From NCBI GenBank assembly GCA_013115125.1, contig JABANN010000089.1, forward strand, positions 56,371-76,370: DNA of 20,000 nt, read 5' to 3'. Positions 8,222 through 18,858 of this stretch are shown here, one piece after another. Below the pieces are notes generated by a model. It was not told the origin of the DNA. It did no database searches and was given only the letters and a program-made list of their open reading frames with translations. Positions within the stretch are counted from its first letter, which is position 1; the number at the start of each line of letters is the position of its first letter. The position numbers and the translations under genes were made by a program. This DNA is from Perkinsus olseni. Its lineage: Eukaryota.

Positions 8222-11076
8222 ATGAGTGTCAATTCTCACACTACAGTTCGGCGTCCAAGAGCAGCTAAATACTTTGTCGATGCGGAAGCCGAGGAGGCTG
8301 GTAGGATTGAGTCACAAATCCAGCTGGTGTTCAGGTTCCGAGTTTCAGAATCGGGGGATGAGAACGCGACCGATGAGGACCTTCACCCGGAGGCTCCCAA
8401 TTCCGAAGGTGCCGTGGGCAAACTTATGGATTAGATCGATGGCACTGCTAAAGAGGTACACGTCCGTCGGTGACATCCTCTTTTGATGGCAGAGCAGCTC
8501 AATCACGACAGTACAATGTTTATCGTCACGATCCTTCTCTTGTCGTGACAAAGCAGCCAGCCTTCTGCCCCGGGGCCAATACACCCCAAGGAGTTCGAGC
8601 CATTGGTGGAGGCAGTGGCGATGGAATTATCAAGGTTTCAAGGGAGCAGGCGTTATCATTCCGCGCTGACTCCTCTAGCGAGCTACGTTCAAGGTTGGTC
8701 ATTTACAGATACTCCTTTGCTGGAATTCCTATGGTGTAGTGAAACGAGAAATACTCACCCCAACGGATATGCAGCTTCCCCCTAGCGAGGTGCGAGAGAG
8801 CGTCATTGAGGTAGGACCTTCGATAGCCCAAACACGTTAAGGTGTTGCCAGATTACCTACTCAACACCTGGGATAGAGATCGACTTCCTTCGTATCTTGG
8901 ACTCCGTTTATGGCTGGTCTTTGGCGAGTATCAGCGACAAGGGAGTCGTCCTAGGTAGTAACGTCGACCTGCATGTCAGACACTCGAAGTGTTCCGACGA
9001 CAGGTGCGCCATATTTGACGAGAGAGTCCGAAGAAGAGGATAGCTATGATGAGCTTGACTTCGTGACAGGCCAAACACAGCAGAGCGCGGACACGTCGAC
9101 TAGTGTCGCCAGGGTACTGCCCTACACTACTCCCAGTATACTCGATTGAAATGCTCCTATTTGATCCTATCTGACGCAGGTTCAGCCATTCCAGCCATTA
9201 TCAAGATCATCTTACCGACCGGGGATATCCGATTCAGTCCCGGGATTCAGATTGGACCGCAACTGTGCCTTCTGGACAACAGACACAGTTAGTGTCTGTT
9301 GCCATTGGTTGCCAAGACTTCGTAGCAGGGATGACTCACTGCGAGGCGTTTGGGCCACAAATACGGATATGGACGGAAGTGACTCTTGAAGGGCTTGTCT
9401 GAGGGCAGGGGCGGTGCGCCGTAGGTCTCTTAATGCCGGTCTCCCTACTAACGTCCTCCCCATTGGAGGTCCTTCTATTCGCCCTGTCAGCATGGTTGCA
9501 TCCGCTGCCACGAGCGGCCTTATCATGTGGGCCGTGGCTGACGGCGGTGATGCCACCAGAATCAGGTCACTAGGTGGCTCAGGGATATTATTCTCCATTC
9601 GAAGTTCCTGTTAGGTACTGTTTAGCTCACATCGCTGGTAGCGGTAGCCGTATTAGCACCCTGTCGGAGGGATGCCTACCGGTATCTGGTGGCCATCACA
9701 GTCCTTCTCAGGCCCCGACTCTCACCTGGATAGGGTAGGCACTGGTTGACAGGTAGCAGCAGTTGATATCATATTTCCTTCAGGATGACGATCGAGTCAC
9801 TACCGCTATCGATGGACTCAGTTGGTATGGTGCGGGCCCTGCTTCCGACGGGAGTGTCCTCATCATCGTGGCCGTCCACGGACCTTAGGTACTCCTCCAC
9901 GACGGCCCTCGCCCTGCTTGTGTATCTCGTTGCATTTTTGGATCGTCTTAGGTGGACACCGGTATATGATTGCGTTGCTGAGCTTCAACGCGAGAATGAA
10001 GGTTTCTGGGCCATAGGCGGCACGGGTAAGCGTCCACCAGCCACGCTCCGGGATGCAGTCATCCCGCCAGTGTGCAATGGTCAGGTCTCGATCTCCATAT
10101 TACCCGTACTCGCTACGAGGATGCCTATGAGCCCAGAGGACTGGCCCTGCCTATAGTGATCCCCCGGATCACCTGGAGGATCCGATTGAGCGCAACGAAG
10201 TGCTCAGATGTGAGAGTCTGGGTGCGGTTGCGCCTCTGACGATCGCATTGGCTGCGGTGCTTCAGAAGACCAGTCTCGGTTACCGACCAGAAAATGAACG
10301 CGCGTTTGCAGAGCGGGCCCTAGCCACCTGGATGCAGTACGTCTTGATACGCCTTGTAGCCTGGGTACTGATCCCTGTGTAGATTCTGTCATGATAGAGG
10401 CGTGAACTCGGAAGAAGATGCTATTGGAATTAAGAAAACCACGGTAGCCTTGTCGTCATCCTTGCCAATACTTGGTCATTGCGGCATATCTTTAGGTCGC
10501 TTTGGATAAGAAGTTAGCAAAAACATTCAGTGACCTTGTACAGTCGAAGCAGGTAGAGGCAGCTTATGATACCTCTACACTGGCCCTACACATACCAGCC
10601 ACTCCCGGGATCATGGCTAAGGTGGTCACCCGCTCAGTCTGCCAATAGGAGAACTTTTCCCGAGTCTCGCTCGCCCGTTCAGTGCGGAGTAGTCATTTTC
10701 TAGTTCTGTATAATGATACTCTCAAAGCTCTTACTGTAAGGGAGAACCCTCTCCTACCGTCTTATGACTCGTCGTTTCAGATAGCCTCGAAACTTGGACA
10801 ACCACTTTTGGCTGCTCGTATTGAGTTGGATATCGCTTCGGCGACCAGCATGCCTGCTGCCATGCGACAGGCTCAGGCTGCCACCGAAACGGTGGTGAGA
10901 GACGAGGAGTCGGAAACACAGAAGACTGCGCCTGTGAGGGTGAGCCCAGGATTGAGGTTGATGCAACAGCCACAGTAGCAGCTCCTCCCCAGGTCGCTGG
11001 CCGGAAGAGGCGCCAGATTGATGATATGGACGATTCAAGAGCGGCTAAAGTCCTCCGAGCCGATGGACTATTTTGA
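8222..11076 (+). CDS. WDHD1: Ctf4/Mcl1/AND-1 replisome hub protein (SepB/Mcl1_mid domain plus helical C-terminus), multi-exon
   Basis: SepB-domain motifs occur in the expected order across exons: QPAFCPGANTP..ILLCWNSYGVV, DSVYGWSLASISDKGVVL, GCLPVSG..PTLTWIG, PLSMDSVGMVRALL, RWTPVYD, EGFWAIG. Helical segments LDKKLAKTFSDLVQSKQVEAAYD and IASKLGQPLLAARIE follow. The final exon has an RKRR NLS and ends at TGA 11074-11076. Confidence 0.8.
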
Positions 11077-11840
11077 TGACGACTATCTATGTGTGTGTTA
11101 TTGACAAATGTTTCTCTCATTAAGACGTATCGAGTATCAGTCGCAGCTTCCTCTGCCAGATGCCACTGGCATCGGTGAGAAGGGAACCACAGCTGTTGCC
11201 TCTCTCATCATGCTAACTTCAACGTCCATCGGACTTCGGAGCTTACTAACCCCGAGAGTAAGAGCGAGTGGAGGGGGAGTCTGTGCAGACATCGTCTCTC
11301 TTCGCTAGACCCCCTCTCCTGTCTGCTGGGTGCTGTTCCCAGTGTGCATCAGCGTGGCCAGTTGGTGATGCTGTCTTTGTCGAGCTGCCCAGGCACATTG
11401 GCTCCGCTGAAAGACTCTGGTACGTGTAACGATACAGCTGATGCAGAAGAGGCAGAAGATGGTCGAGTTTCCGCTCCGCTGTTGTGCATGCCACGCTAGC
11501 TAATGCCGGTACCACTTGTTCCGAAGCGCTACCACCGACCATTCATTAACCGTCGAGGCCTGCCATCTGACATGCATAACGTGTGGTTGAGATTACGTTA
11601 CTAGGCCGTTTTGAGTTAGCTCCGAGTGAAGTACTTACTCATCACTGCCGAGTAGGTCTCAGGGGATAGTGTTGAGCCATCGAGCTTCAGTGAATAGTGC
11701 TAGCAGCGTAGGGAACTCTACCATACTATGATCGTGTAATACGGATGGGTCTTATGAGTAGCTGTTCTGGGGCTCCCGGGCTGCATCGCTCTCGTAGGGA
11801 ACTCCATACAGTAGCCAGATACCGAGTTTTGCTGCATAAT

Positions 11841-14299
11841 ATGAATGCCTTCAGCGCCGCACTATGTGGTCGGTGGAGTCGGATCGGACCTCGCGCATTG
11901 AGCCCCCTCCGGCGGACTCTGGTGACAACAGTCCAGCCAGCAACAACACCTGGAGTGCAGCAGCAGCATATTCGACGAAGTGGGAGTGCCGTCACCGGAC
12001 CCGAGGTCGCCTACCAGGATGCAGCACACTTCGCTGGATATCAGGTGGCCGCTCGGATTCACTCCTCTGTCCTCGTGCTCCACGTAGCTCTTCACGTTAT
12101 CGGGGGCTTTCAGTAGCCCATTGAACTGCTCCCTTACTCTTGATTACTCCCTGGGGTTGGTAGTACGTTAGAGCTCGGGATTGACGCAGATTTCATTTGA
12201 GGTCCTGCTAGTCATTAGGGCGATTGATGAGAGCATCAGACGTGGGCTCGTGAATTCTCATGCTTTCTGGTTGTTTCAACTCGTAGGCTCATTTAGGCTC
12301 GTGATAACTGTCCGTGGAAGTAGGAAGTCCTCTCAGCGTCTCCCATTCGTGGCTCGTCTCAGACATTCGAGCTCCCAGAGCCTCTACCATTGGATCACCA
12401 TCCTGGCAACCCGCTCAAAGGAGCGCGAGTGGCCTTCGAGACCTGGGGCCAGCTCAATGACCGTAGAGACAACGCTGTTCTCCTGCACACTGGGCTCAGT
12501 GCTAGCTCGCACGCTAAAAGTGACGAGCCCTCTCAATTCGTTGGGGTCTATGAATCTTTCCAGGCACTGCGGCAATCCCTGCGCCCGGTTGGTGGGAGAG
12601 TTTTATCGGGCCTGGTCACGCACTGGACACCGATAAGTTCTTCATCATATGCACCAATGTGATGCCTTTCTAGGGTTATGATGACGCTAGATGATTAGTT
12701 AGGTCCTCGGCAGCTGCTTCGGCTCTACTGGTCCCTCCTCTGTGAATCCCGATACCGGCCGTCCATATGGTGGAGACTTTCCTGTCATAACTATCTTCGA
12801 CATGGTACGGATGCAAGCGGAGCTCGTCCGTAGCCACTTCGGCATTGGTGAGCCGGTTCGGGGTGTGCTCGGTCAGTGATGGGGCCGCGGCTTCTCACGT
12901 TGAGACTAAGTATGCGTTATTTCGGACACTATACGTTTGTTGCCAACACGGCGGGTAGTCATCCTGCAGCTTTTGTTATATTGAGCGAGCGATTAACAGC
13001 AACTGGGGCTCGCTGTGGCACCTCTTGGATCGACGCCGATTCTTTTCAGACCAACTTCACTGCAGTGTTGGTAGCTCCATGGGTGGTATGCAGACTCTAG
13101 CGTTGTGTAGCCAGTACCCTGGGATAGCGAAGCGTGCTGTGGTAATAACGCCCCTCTTGCTCACCGCTCGGCGGAGTTGACCGCTTTTTTCCACAAGCTC
13201 GCCTCGTACGGGAGACCAATGTTGAGCTCAATAATAGACTGACCGTGGCCTTCTTGCATAGGTTATATCCAGCAGTGCGTACAGCAGCCCTCATTCGATC
13301 GCTCTCCGCCATGTACAACGCCAGGCTCTAGTTTCCGATCCCCACTGGCAAGGAGGACACTACTATGACACCCCTCACTTTCCCGAGAAAGGCCTGCGTT
13401 TGGCGAGGGAAATCGCCACGACCACGTAAGGAGGCAGCAAAGGTTACTCTTCGAGGTTCCCATATTCACGGCGGATTTCCTGGCGTGTGACTCCTACAAC
13501 CTTAGGTACCGCAGCGGTCCAGAATGGGACTCGCGTTTTGCAAGGCGACGGTCGTCCGTCTGCGCGGAGGCTGAGGGTCGCCGGCTCTCGCTGGACGATC
13601 CTGTTTTTGCCATCGAAGAATATATCCGCCATCAGGGCAAGAAGTGGGTCGGCACCTACGATCCCAACAGTCTGCTGTACTTGTCCAAGGTGAGGGCAGC
13701 TACCACATCTCTCCTGTTGTTGAATCTACCTCGCCCCTCGTTCAGGCTATGGATATGTTCACCGTAGCTCCCGACGGAGGGACCATTGCTGATGGCCTCA
13801 AGCCCATGCGTGGTGTGCCAACCATGGTCATCGGCGTCAAGAGCGACATTCTTTTTCCGGTAGGGTAGCGGGTCACCCTCATGATTGTGGATATTGTCGC
13901 CTCCGATACTAATGGGCTAAGAATTTATTCCCTGTATACAGCATGAACCACTTACCTTAACCACCGCAGCACTTACCTCACCCACGCGTATCTTTCAGAG
14001 TTGATGAACCTTGAGATGGCCCTACTTCTGTCAGGTACATCAGCAGCGAGAGCTAGCCGATGCCCTCCGTGAGGTTGGTAACAATGCTGTCGTCTACTAT
14101 GAGCTGAGTGCCATGTAAGACTCAGTTCAGTAGATAATACAGCACCAGACCGATGAGATACTCATCGACTGTGATTGCTACCAACTGTTGATCATAGCCG
14201 GACTATCATGCTGTCCTTCTCAGATTCGGCCACGACACGTTCCTCGTAGACACCACCAATGTGGTCCCTGCTGTGAAAGGCCACCTAGAATTCCACTAA
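11841..14299 (+). CDS. cys2: MetX-family alpha/beta-hydrolase acyltransferase, Cys2/CysA-type (serine O-succinyl/acetyltransferase), with a likely mitochondrial presequence
   Basis: Spliced motifs are [65 protein letters not shown], nucleophile [38 protein letters not shown], catalytic SDILFP and [17 protein letters not shown] and YRSGPEW match the fungal Cys2 subfamily. The N-terminus is Arg/Ser/Leu-rich and lacks acidic residues. Confidence 0.88.
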
Positions 14300-14430
14300 T
14301 TACTCTCCTCGCCTCGATGTTTCACTCAAGGATTTCAATATTCGTTCGATCGTTTTTTTCATTTATACCATTGTCTTGTTTGGTTCCCTCGGCTGCGGCT
14401 TGGATACCGAAGGCTAGCTTGGTTTCACCA

Positions 14431-15404
14431 ATGGATGTGGTAGCCACCCCAGAGAAGAACGGCTGTCTTGCTTTCCGAAAGTAGCCTCCCATTCGGGTGC
14501 TGCGCACTGACGGTGGGCGTGGACAGGTGCTTCGAAATGGGCACGTCCCCAGCTTTACTTGGCAAGCCTCCGGTACCATCCGAGCGTGACGACCAGCTGT
14601 CTTCCACTCGACCAAGTTCCATGAAAGATGTAGCTCTGAACTCGAGGGAGTCATTGTAATTGTGTCTGCTGCTTGATAACGCTTAGCTTGTACGCATTAC
14701 TCTCTCAGTTCCGGGTCAACCTATTCTACAACTACTCAGGACCAGTGCACTCCGCCATCTCTGTAGCGCATCTCTACATCGCGTCCCGCTTGATGGTGCT
14801 GTGGTATAACAGGGTTCGGAGGCATCGGTCTCGATCATCACACAATTTACTGTCCTTCACGCGAAAGCCCGCGGTTACAGCTGTGTCTGTGAGCCAAGGC
14901 AGCCCTCATGTAGGGTACTTCTTGAAGCATGAGCGAAACCAGGAAAAAAGGACGCAGGTCGGTCGCTCCGCCGTATGTGCGAGGCTGACTATTCTGATTC
15001 TTTTATTAGAGTCTCAAAGCTCAGCCCATGACGGTAGCACGTTTGCCTACTGTAGCAGTGGGAGTTGCTGAACGCTTCCTTAGTTGGATACGACTGGTGA
15101 GGGAGCTAGCAGTTCCGATGCGGAGGAGATCCCCTCAGGGCCCTTCCGGCTTGTCATATGCTGAGATGGCGAAGGTACACCAGAAAGTGCACAGTCGGAG
15201 ACAGCACGCATGTACAAGTGCTATGTAAGTGCACATCGGAGGCCGTTACCCCTCGCGTCGGATGCGGCTCTGTTTTGTATCAGATCGAGGAAGCGTAGCT
15301 CGTTAACGAGGCCGCGCAGGGTGAGCTACTCGTCTGAGACTCGAGAGATCTACGCTGTTGATTCTTATGCCAATGGGTAACAGCTCCAGCGGTCAGTTCC
15401 TTGA
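14431..15404 (+). CDS. Hypothetical multi-exon basic/low-complexity protein
   Basis: A chain of short open segments separated by GT..AG stretches (MDVVATPEK..; GKPPVPSERDDQ..; VRRHRSRSSH..; RFLSWIRLVRELAVP..; SRKRSSLTRPRR). No family recognised and boundaries are uncertain. Confidence 0.35.
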
Positions 15405-15678
15405 GCCATTCTGAATGACTCGACTCAGGCGGCTTCCACCGGACGCGGTGCCTGGGACAGTTTTCGGCGGTTTTCGTTTCCACCATATCTCTGGCTACTG
15501 ACGACAGCGCAGGCCTTGCACCTTAGGGCCCTCTCAGTTCTCTAATTACTCTCAACCTCAATATCTTCGCGCACAGCGAAGATTTCTGTTGTCACACTTG
15601 TGATTCTGGCTATTATAAGGGACACTTCTTTTTGAGAGTTGAGCAGTTGCGCTGAGTAAGTTGCATGGGCTCTCCATA

Positions 15679-16401
15679 ATGTGCAGTTTGGCTTGGCTGA
15701 TGGCTGGACGAAACTGCACTGATACGATAGACGCTTTGGGAATCATGATGCTCACCGAGTTGGGGAGACTTCACAGGAAACTCGATTCGGTGCTCAGCCG
15801 CGTAGATCAACTGCAACGGCGCTTCGAGAAAGAAGCAGCCCCGAGTCTGCGGTCAGAGTTTTCTAATCAAGACGTCATTATTGAGGCCTCTGTTGTTGAA
15901 GACGGCAGCTCGCGTGATGCCACACCTCAGAGGGGCGAGGGGGATCTCGATCTGCGAGGCTCGGCGGGAGCTGCTCCAGCGAAGAAGGGGTCGACTGTCG
16001 TTGAGGGAGGTTCTAACCATGGCGTAAAGAGCGAGGAAGGCGCCGATATAGACATGGCCGCGTGTGTCTCATCCATGGGACAGAGTGCTGCGGAAGAGAG
16101 TGCTCGGGAGCTGAAGGATGATCGCGGAAAGTCGACCATGACAAACGAGGGATCGCCTACAAAGCAAAAAGGCCGCAATCGCAGTAGGCAAGGGAGCTGG
16201 TTGAGCCGTCTACTATCGCGTTCACTCTTAGAGGCACCGACGAGTCGCAGTGTGATAGCCTCTACTCCCACAGTGGGGATGCACGCTGGGCCTTCAGCTA
16301 GCACAACCGGACGAAAGAGACGCCGGCAGTGTGAAGCCGTGAGGGTCGTCGATGCGGTATCATTACTTTCCGTAAGCGAAAGGCTAGTACTACTAGCCTA
16401 A
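15679..16401 (+). CDS. Hypothetical protein with an N-terminal coiled coil and a disordered basic region; its stop lies in the adjacent repeat element
   Basis: An uninterrupted ~240-codon ORF, unusual in this intron-rich window. It contains the heptad segment LTELGRLHRKLDSVLSRVDQLQRRFEKE and NLS-like GRKRRR. Confidence 0.45.
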   Translation: MCSLAWLMAGRNCTDTIDALGIMMLTELGRLHRKLDSVLSRVDQLQRRFEKEAAPSLRSEFSNQDVIIEASVVEDGSSRDATPQRGEGDLDLRGSAGAAPAKKGSTVVEGGSNHGVKSEEGADIDMAACVSSMGQSAAEESARELKDDRGKSTMTNEGSPTKQKGRNRSRQGSWLSRLLSRSLLEAPTSRSVIASTPTVGMHAGPSASTTGRKRRRQCEAVRVVDAVSLLSVSERLVLLA

Positions 16402-16665
16402 GGGCCTTAGGGCCGATTTCACACCTAGGCAAATTAGGTAACTGCCTAGGGGCCCCCGCAGGGGGCCTGCCGCGGGGGCCCCGCCACGTGGGCAGTTGAA
16501 AATTTCGCTCGCCCCATGCGGGGTATAGTTTGGGTATAGTCTGCACGAGAGTGCAGGACTCTTGCGTTGGAGGTTGTACATGGTTCTTTAGAGGGCCCCT
16601 AGTACGGTGTTAGCCTAGGGCCCGCGATCGCGAGAAAATCCTGAGCACGGCCCTTAGCCTAGTAG
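16390..16665. mobile_element. MITE-like / palindrome-rich non-coding element
   Basis: The ends CTACTAGCCTAAGGGCC (16390-16406) and GGCCCTTAGCCTAGTAG (16649-16665) are inverted repeats (16/17). A nested alternative is TTA-GGGCCG...CGGCCC-TTA. There are several internal GC-rich hairpins. Confidence 0.55.
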
Positions 16666-16698
16666 AGTCTATCTGTTTATTCGTTCATACAATTCTCG

Positions 16699-17196
16699 AT
16701 GTCCTCTGTGATGTATTGCACGATAGCCCGAGGAATGTGAAACGAATAGTAGGCGGGGTCCCATCAGGTGGACTACTTCGTCGATGTTGAGGTCAGAGTT
16801 CAGACTGAAGGGAAAGCCTTCAAAACACAGGTAGAGCAGCTACTTACCATCAGGAATCTGCATTCATGAATCATTGATCTCGACTGCGGGCGGAGGTGCC
16901 TACCAGTGCTGGAAGACTGAGCTAAATCGTGCTTTAATTGGACTCATGCTCAGGTGAATCTTTTCCCCAAGGGCCGCCTGCTTAACCAGATCAAAAAGTC
17001 TCTTGGAAAGGAGGCCCACTTCAAAGATGTCTTCTCTCGTGAACAGCCCTGGTTGGTTGTTGGTCACAGTGAGGGTATTGATGTGGATCTCGATCCAGCT
17101 GCACCGGCAGAGGTAGCGAGTGGCTACGAATACCTCTTGCTACGTTCAATGACCGAGGACAGTGAGCAGGCTACTTTCAACGATTCCGTCGCATGA
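16699..17196 (+). CDS. Small hypothetical protein (~104 aa), 3 exons
   Basis: MSS|VDYFVDVEVRVQTEGKAFKTQ|VNLFPKGRLLNQIKKSLGKEAHFKDVFSREQPWLVVGH...FNDSVA*, joined by phase-0 GT-AG introns of ~60 and ~122 nt. Confidence 0.55.
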
Positions 17197-17762
17197 TGCC
17201 GGTGGGAAGTGTAGAGAGCAGTGTACCATTGCATTCGTCTTCGGATATAATTCACCAGTTCAGCCATCAAGTTGTGTTCTGTGAGTCACAGATATTGATT
17301 AGTGGGACTAATAGACGATGATGATCGATGTGACGATCATAGCCACTCGTAGAAGACCAAAGAGTTGTCCCGCTCAGTTGCTTGGGGCGTGCTTCATCGT
17401 TCCTTCAGCTCCTGTGGGGCCGTCGGAAGTCACCGTGGAGAGCAATTAGTTACTGCTTCACGCATCTTCGCGTCGTCGATGGGTGTGTACGCCACTCATC
17501 GTTAATCCTAACAGCGTGTAGCTCGGCGTGCCCAAACACGAGTTGCAGGTTTGAATGGTATGGAGTTCTCAGCGTAGTAGAGCAGCCACTTGGGGCCATC
17601 CAGTCAATAGAGATCAGCGTGGGTGCACTTATTACGGGCCATTGCCCCCTCGGTACGATACTAAACGATGACTTCACGTTGTTATTGAGAATCTCGGAGG
17701 TCTATTTTACTCAACACCTCCATATCCACTAGAAGATAGGATAACGACAGTTGTCAAGCCAA

Positions 17763-18578
17763 TCATGTTTCCGGCATCCTCGCACGAGTTGTCGCCCGTA
17801 GGCTGTGAATCGGCTCGTCCTTCACGTAAGACAACCTGACGATAATCGGACTACTCTGTACAGCAAACGAGGCGCGCACATCTCACTAAACTGTTCATAG
17901 TCTAGACTTGTGTTTGTGTCGAGCGGGATGCCAGCTCCCTGCAGGAAGGTGTCCACGTCGGAATCCTGAGGCGAAGGGTACTGAGCTTGGCTTGCCCGAC
18001 ACGGTAAGCGTACAGATAGCTTCTCTCCTAGAGTAGTGACAACGTGCCGAATGTCCTTTATGGAGACCCTGCCTGTTCCCGTAGCATCAAGGACTCGGAA
18101 AGCCTGCACGATAATCTACGTAGCAGCTGTTACTATCAATAGACACGGTCGAGTATTCTGGCAGCAAAGCGTAGGTACCTCCTTTAGGCTTTCCTCGCTA
18201 CCCGGGCCGGTAGTGTCCTTCAACCTTTCATACAGCTCTGTGAACTCAGCCAGGTCCAGTTCTTTCTCCTCTCCGATGTTCGCCGTAAGATTGACCAGAG
18301 CCGCCTCGGAAACATATACTCCTGGTCAATTCGACACATGCAGCGTCATCCGTTTCTGTGTTACTCGCCACCTAGACTGCGAAGAGCTGGTCCGATGCTG
18401 TCTGCTGGTAGTCGAGATTTCGACGGGCCAGCAAAAATATGAAAGCACTCCTCGATCTCTGAGGGATGTACGTCAGCCATTTGCGGGGTCAACTGAGCTA
18501 GTGTGTTATCAAGTTCGGAGAGAGAGAGAAATAGCGGCGAAAGCTGACTTGGCAGGACATACGTTGAACTCGTGACAT
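17763..18578 (-). CDS. Calmodulin-like / myosin light chain-type EF-hand protein, 6 exons
   Basis: The spliced product is MSRVQPQLTPQMADVHPSEIEECFHIFAGPSKSRLPADSIGPALRSLG|VYVSEAALVNLTANIGEEKELDLAEFTELY..SEESLKE|AFRVLDATGTGRVSIKDIRHVVTTLGEKLS|DSDVDTFLQGAG..LDYEQFSEM|LSYV..PET*. This is a calmodulin-fold pattern with mostly degenerate Ca loops. An alternative start lies at 18480. Confidence 0.88.
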
Positions 18579-18584
18579 GCGCTG

Positions 18585-18623
18585 TTTGAGGCTCCCGGTT
18601 CGACCCCAGGCGGCGGTATTTTT
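18585..18623 (+). other. tRNA 3'-half-like fragment (T-arm/B-box followed by oligo-T)
   Basis: CCCGG-TTCGACC-CCAGG forms a T-arm with the GGTTCGANNCC B-box, followed by CGGCGGT-A and TTTTT. No 5' half or D-arm was found upstream. Confidence 0.35.
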
Positions 18624-18858
18624 CTGTCCGAAAAACTTGCTGGAAAGACGCCGCAGTGTCGACACGGCGCCCCTCTCTGTCGCGTGCCTAGCTCAACGAT
18701 AATCGCGTTGTTTCAAGGTCATCGGTGCTCTCAATCGCTCTGTGGGACAGATTGTCGTCCATGCTCAAGAGCCTGGCACTAAAAGTTTGGCTACTTTGGT
18801 TAACGACGCCCGATACAGAAGTTGATTTGTCAGATTTTGTTGAGATAGATACCATTAA

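Noticed and set aside
8423-8455. Apparent in-frame TAG in the WDHD1-like gene (read-through or alternative code?)
   Set aside because: It is explained by a ~48-nt GT-AG intron (8409-8456). Other genes in the window use standard stops.
11100-11800. Minus-strand ORF 11246-11542 and exon-like pieces upstream
   Set aside because: No consistent spliced model or recognisable motif could be built; a small gene is possible but unsupported.
12849-13049. ACAGCAACTGGGGCTCGCT resembling RNase MRP CR-V
   Set aside because: No GAAAGUCCCC CR-I partner within the same intron.
16832-16953. Intron containing TACTTACC and GATCTCGA, superficially like U1 snRNA
   Set aside because: There is no AUUGCAC loop II, no Sm site and no U1 cloverleaf, and the intron is too short.
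17300-17732. Short ORFs on both strands between the 16.7-kb gene and the EF-hand gene
   Set aside because: No coherent exon chain could be established; it may be UTR or an unresolved small gene.
18585-18720. Possible permuted tRNA (3' half followed by a TAGCTCAA-containing 5' half)
   Set aside because: A TTTTT terminator lies between the halves, and the downstream piece forms neither a matching acceptor strand nor a D-arm.
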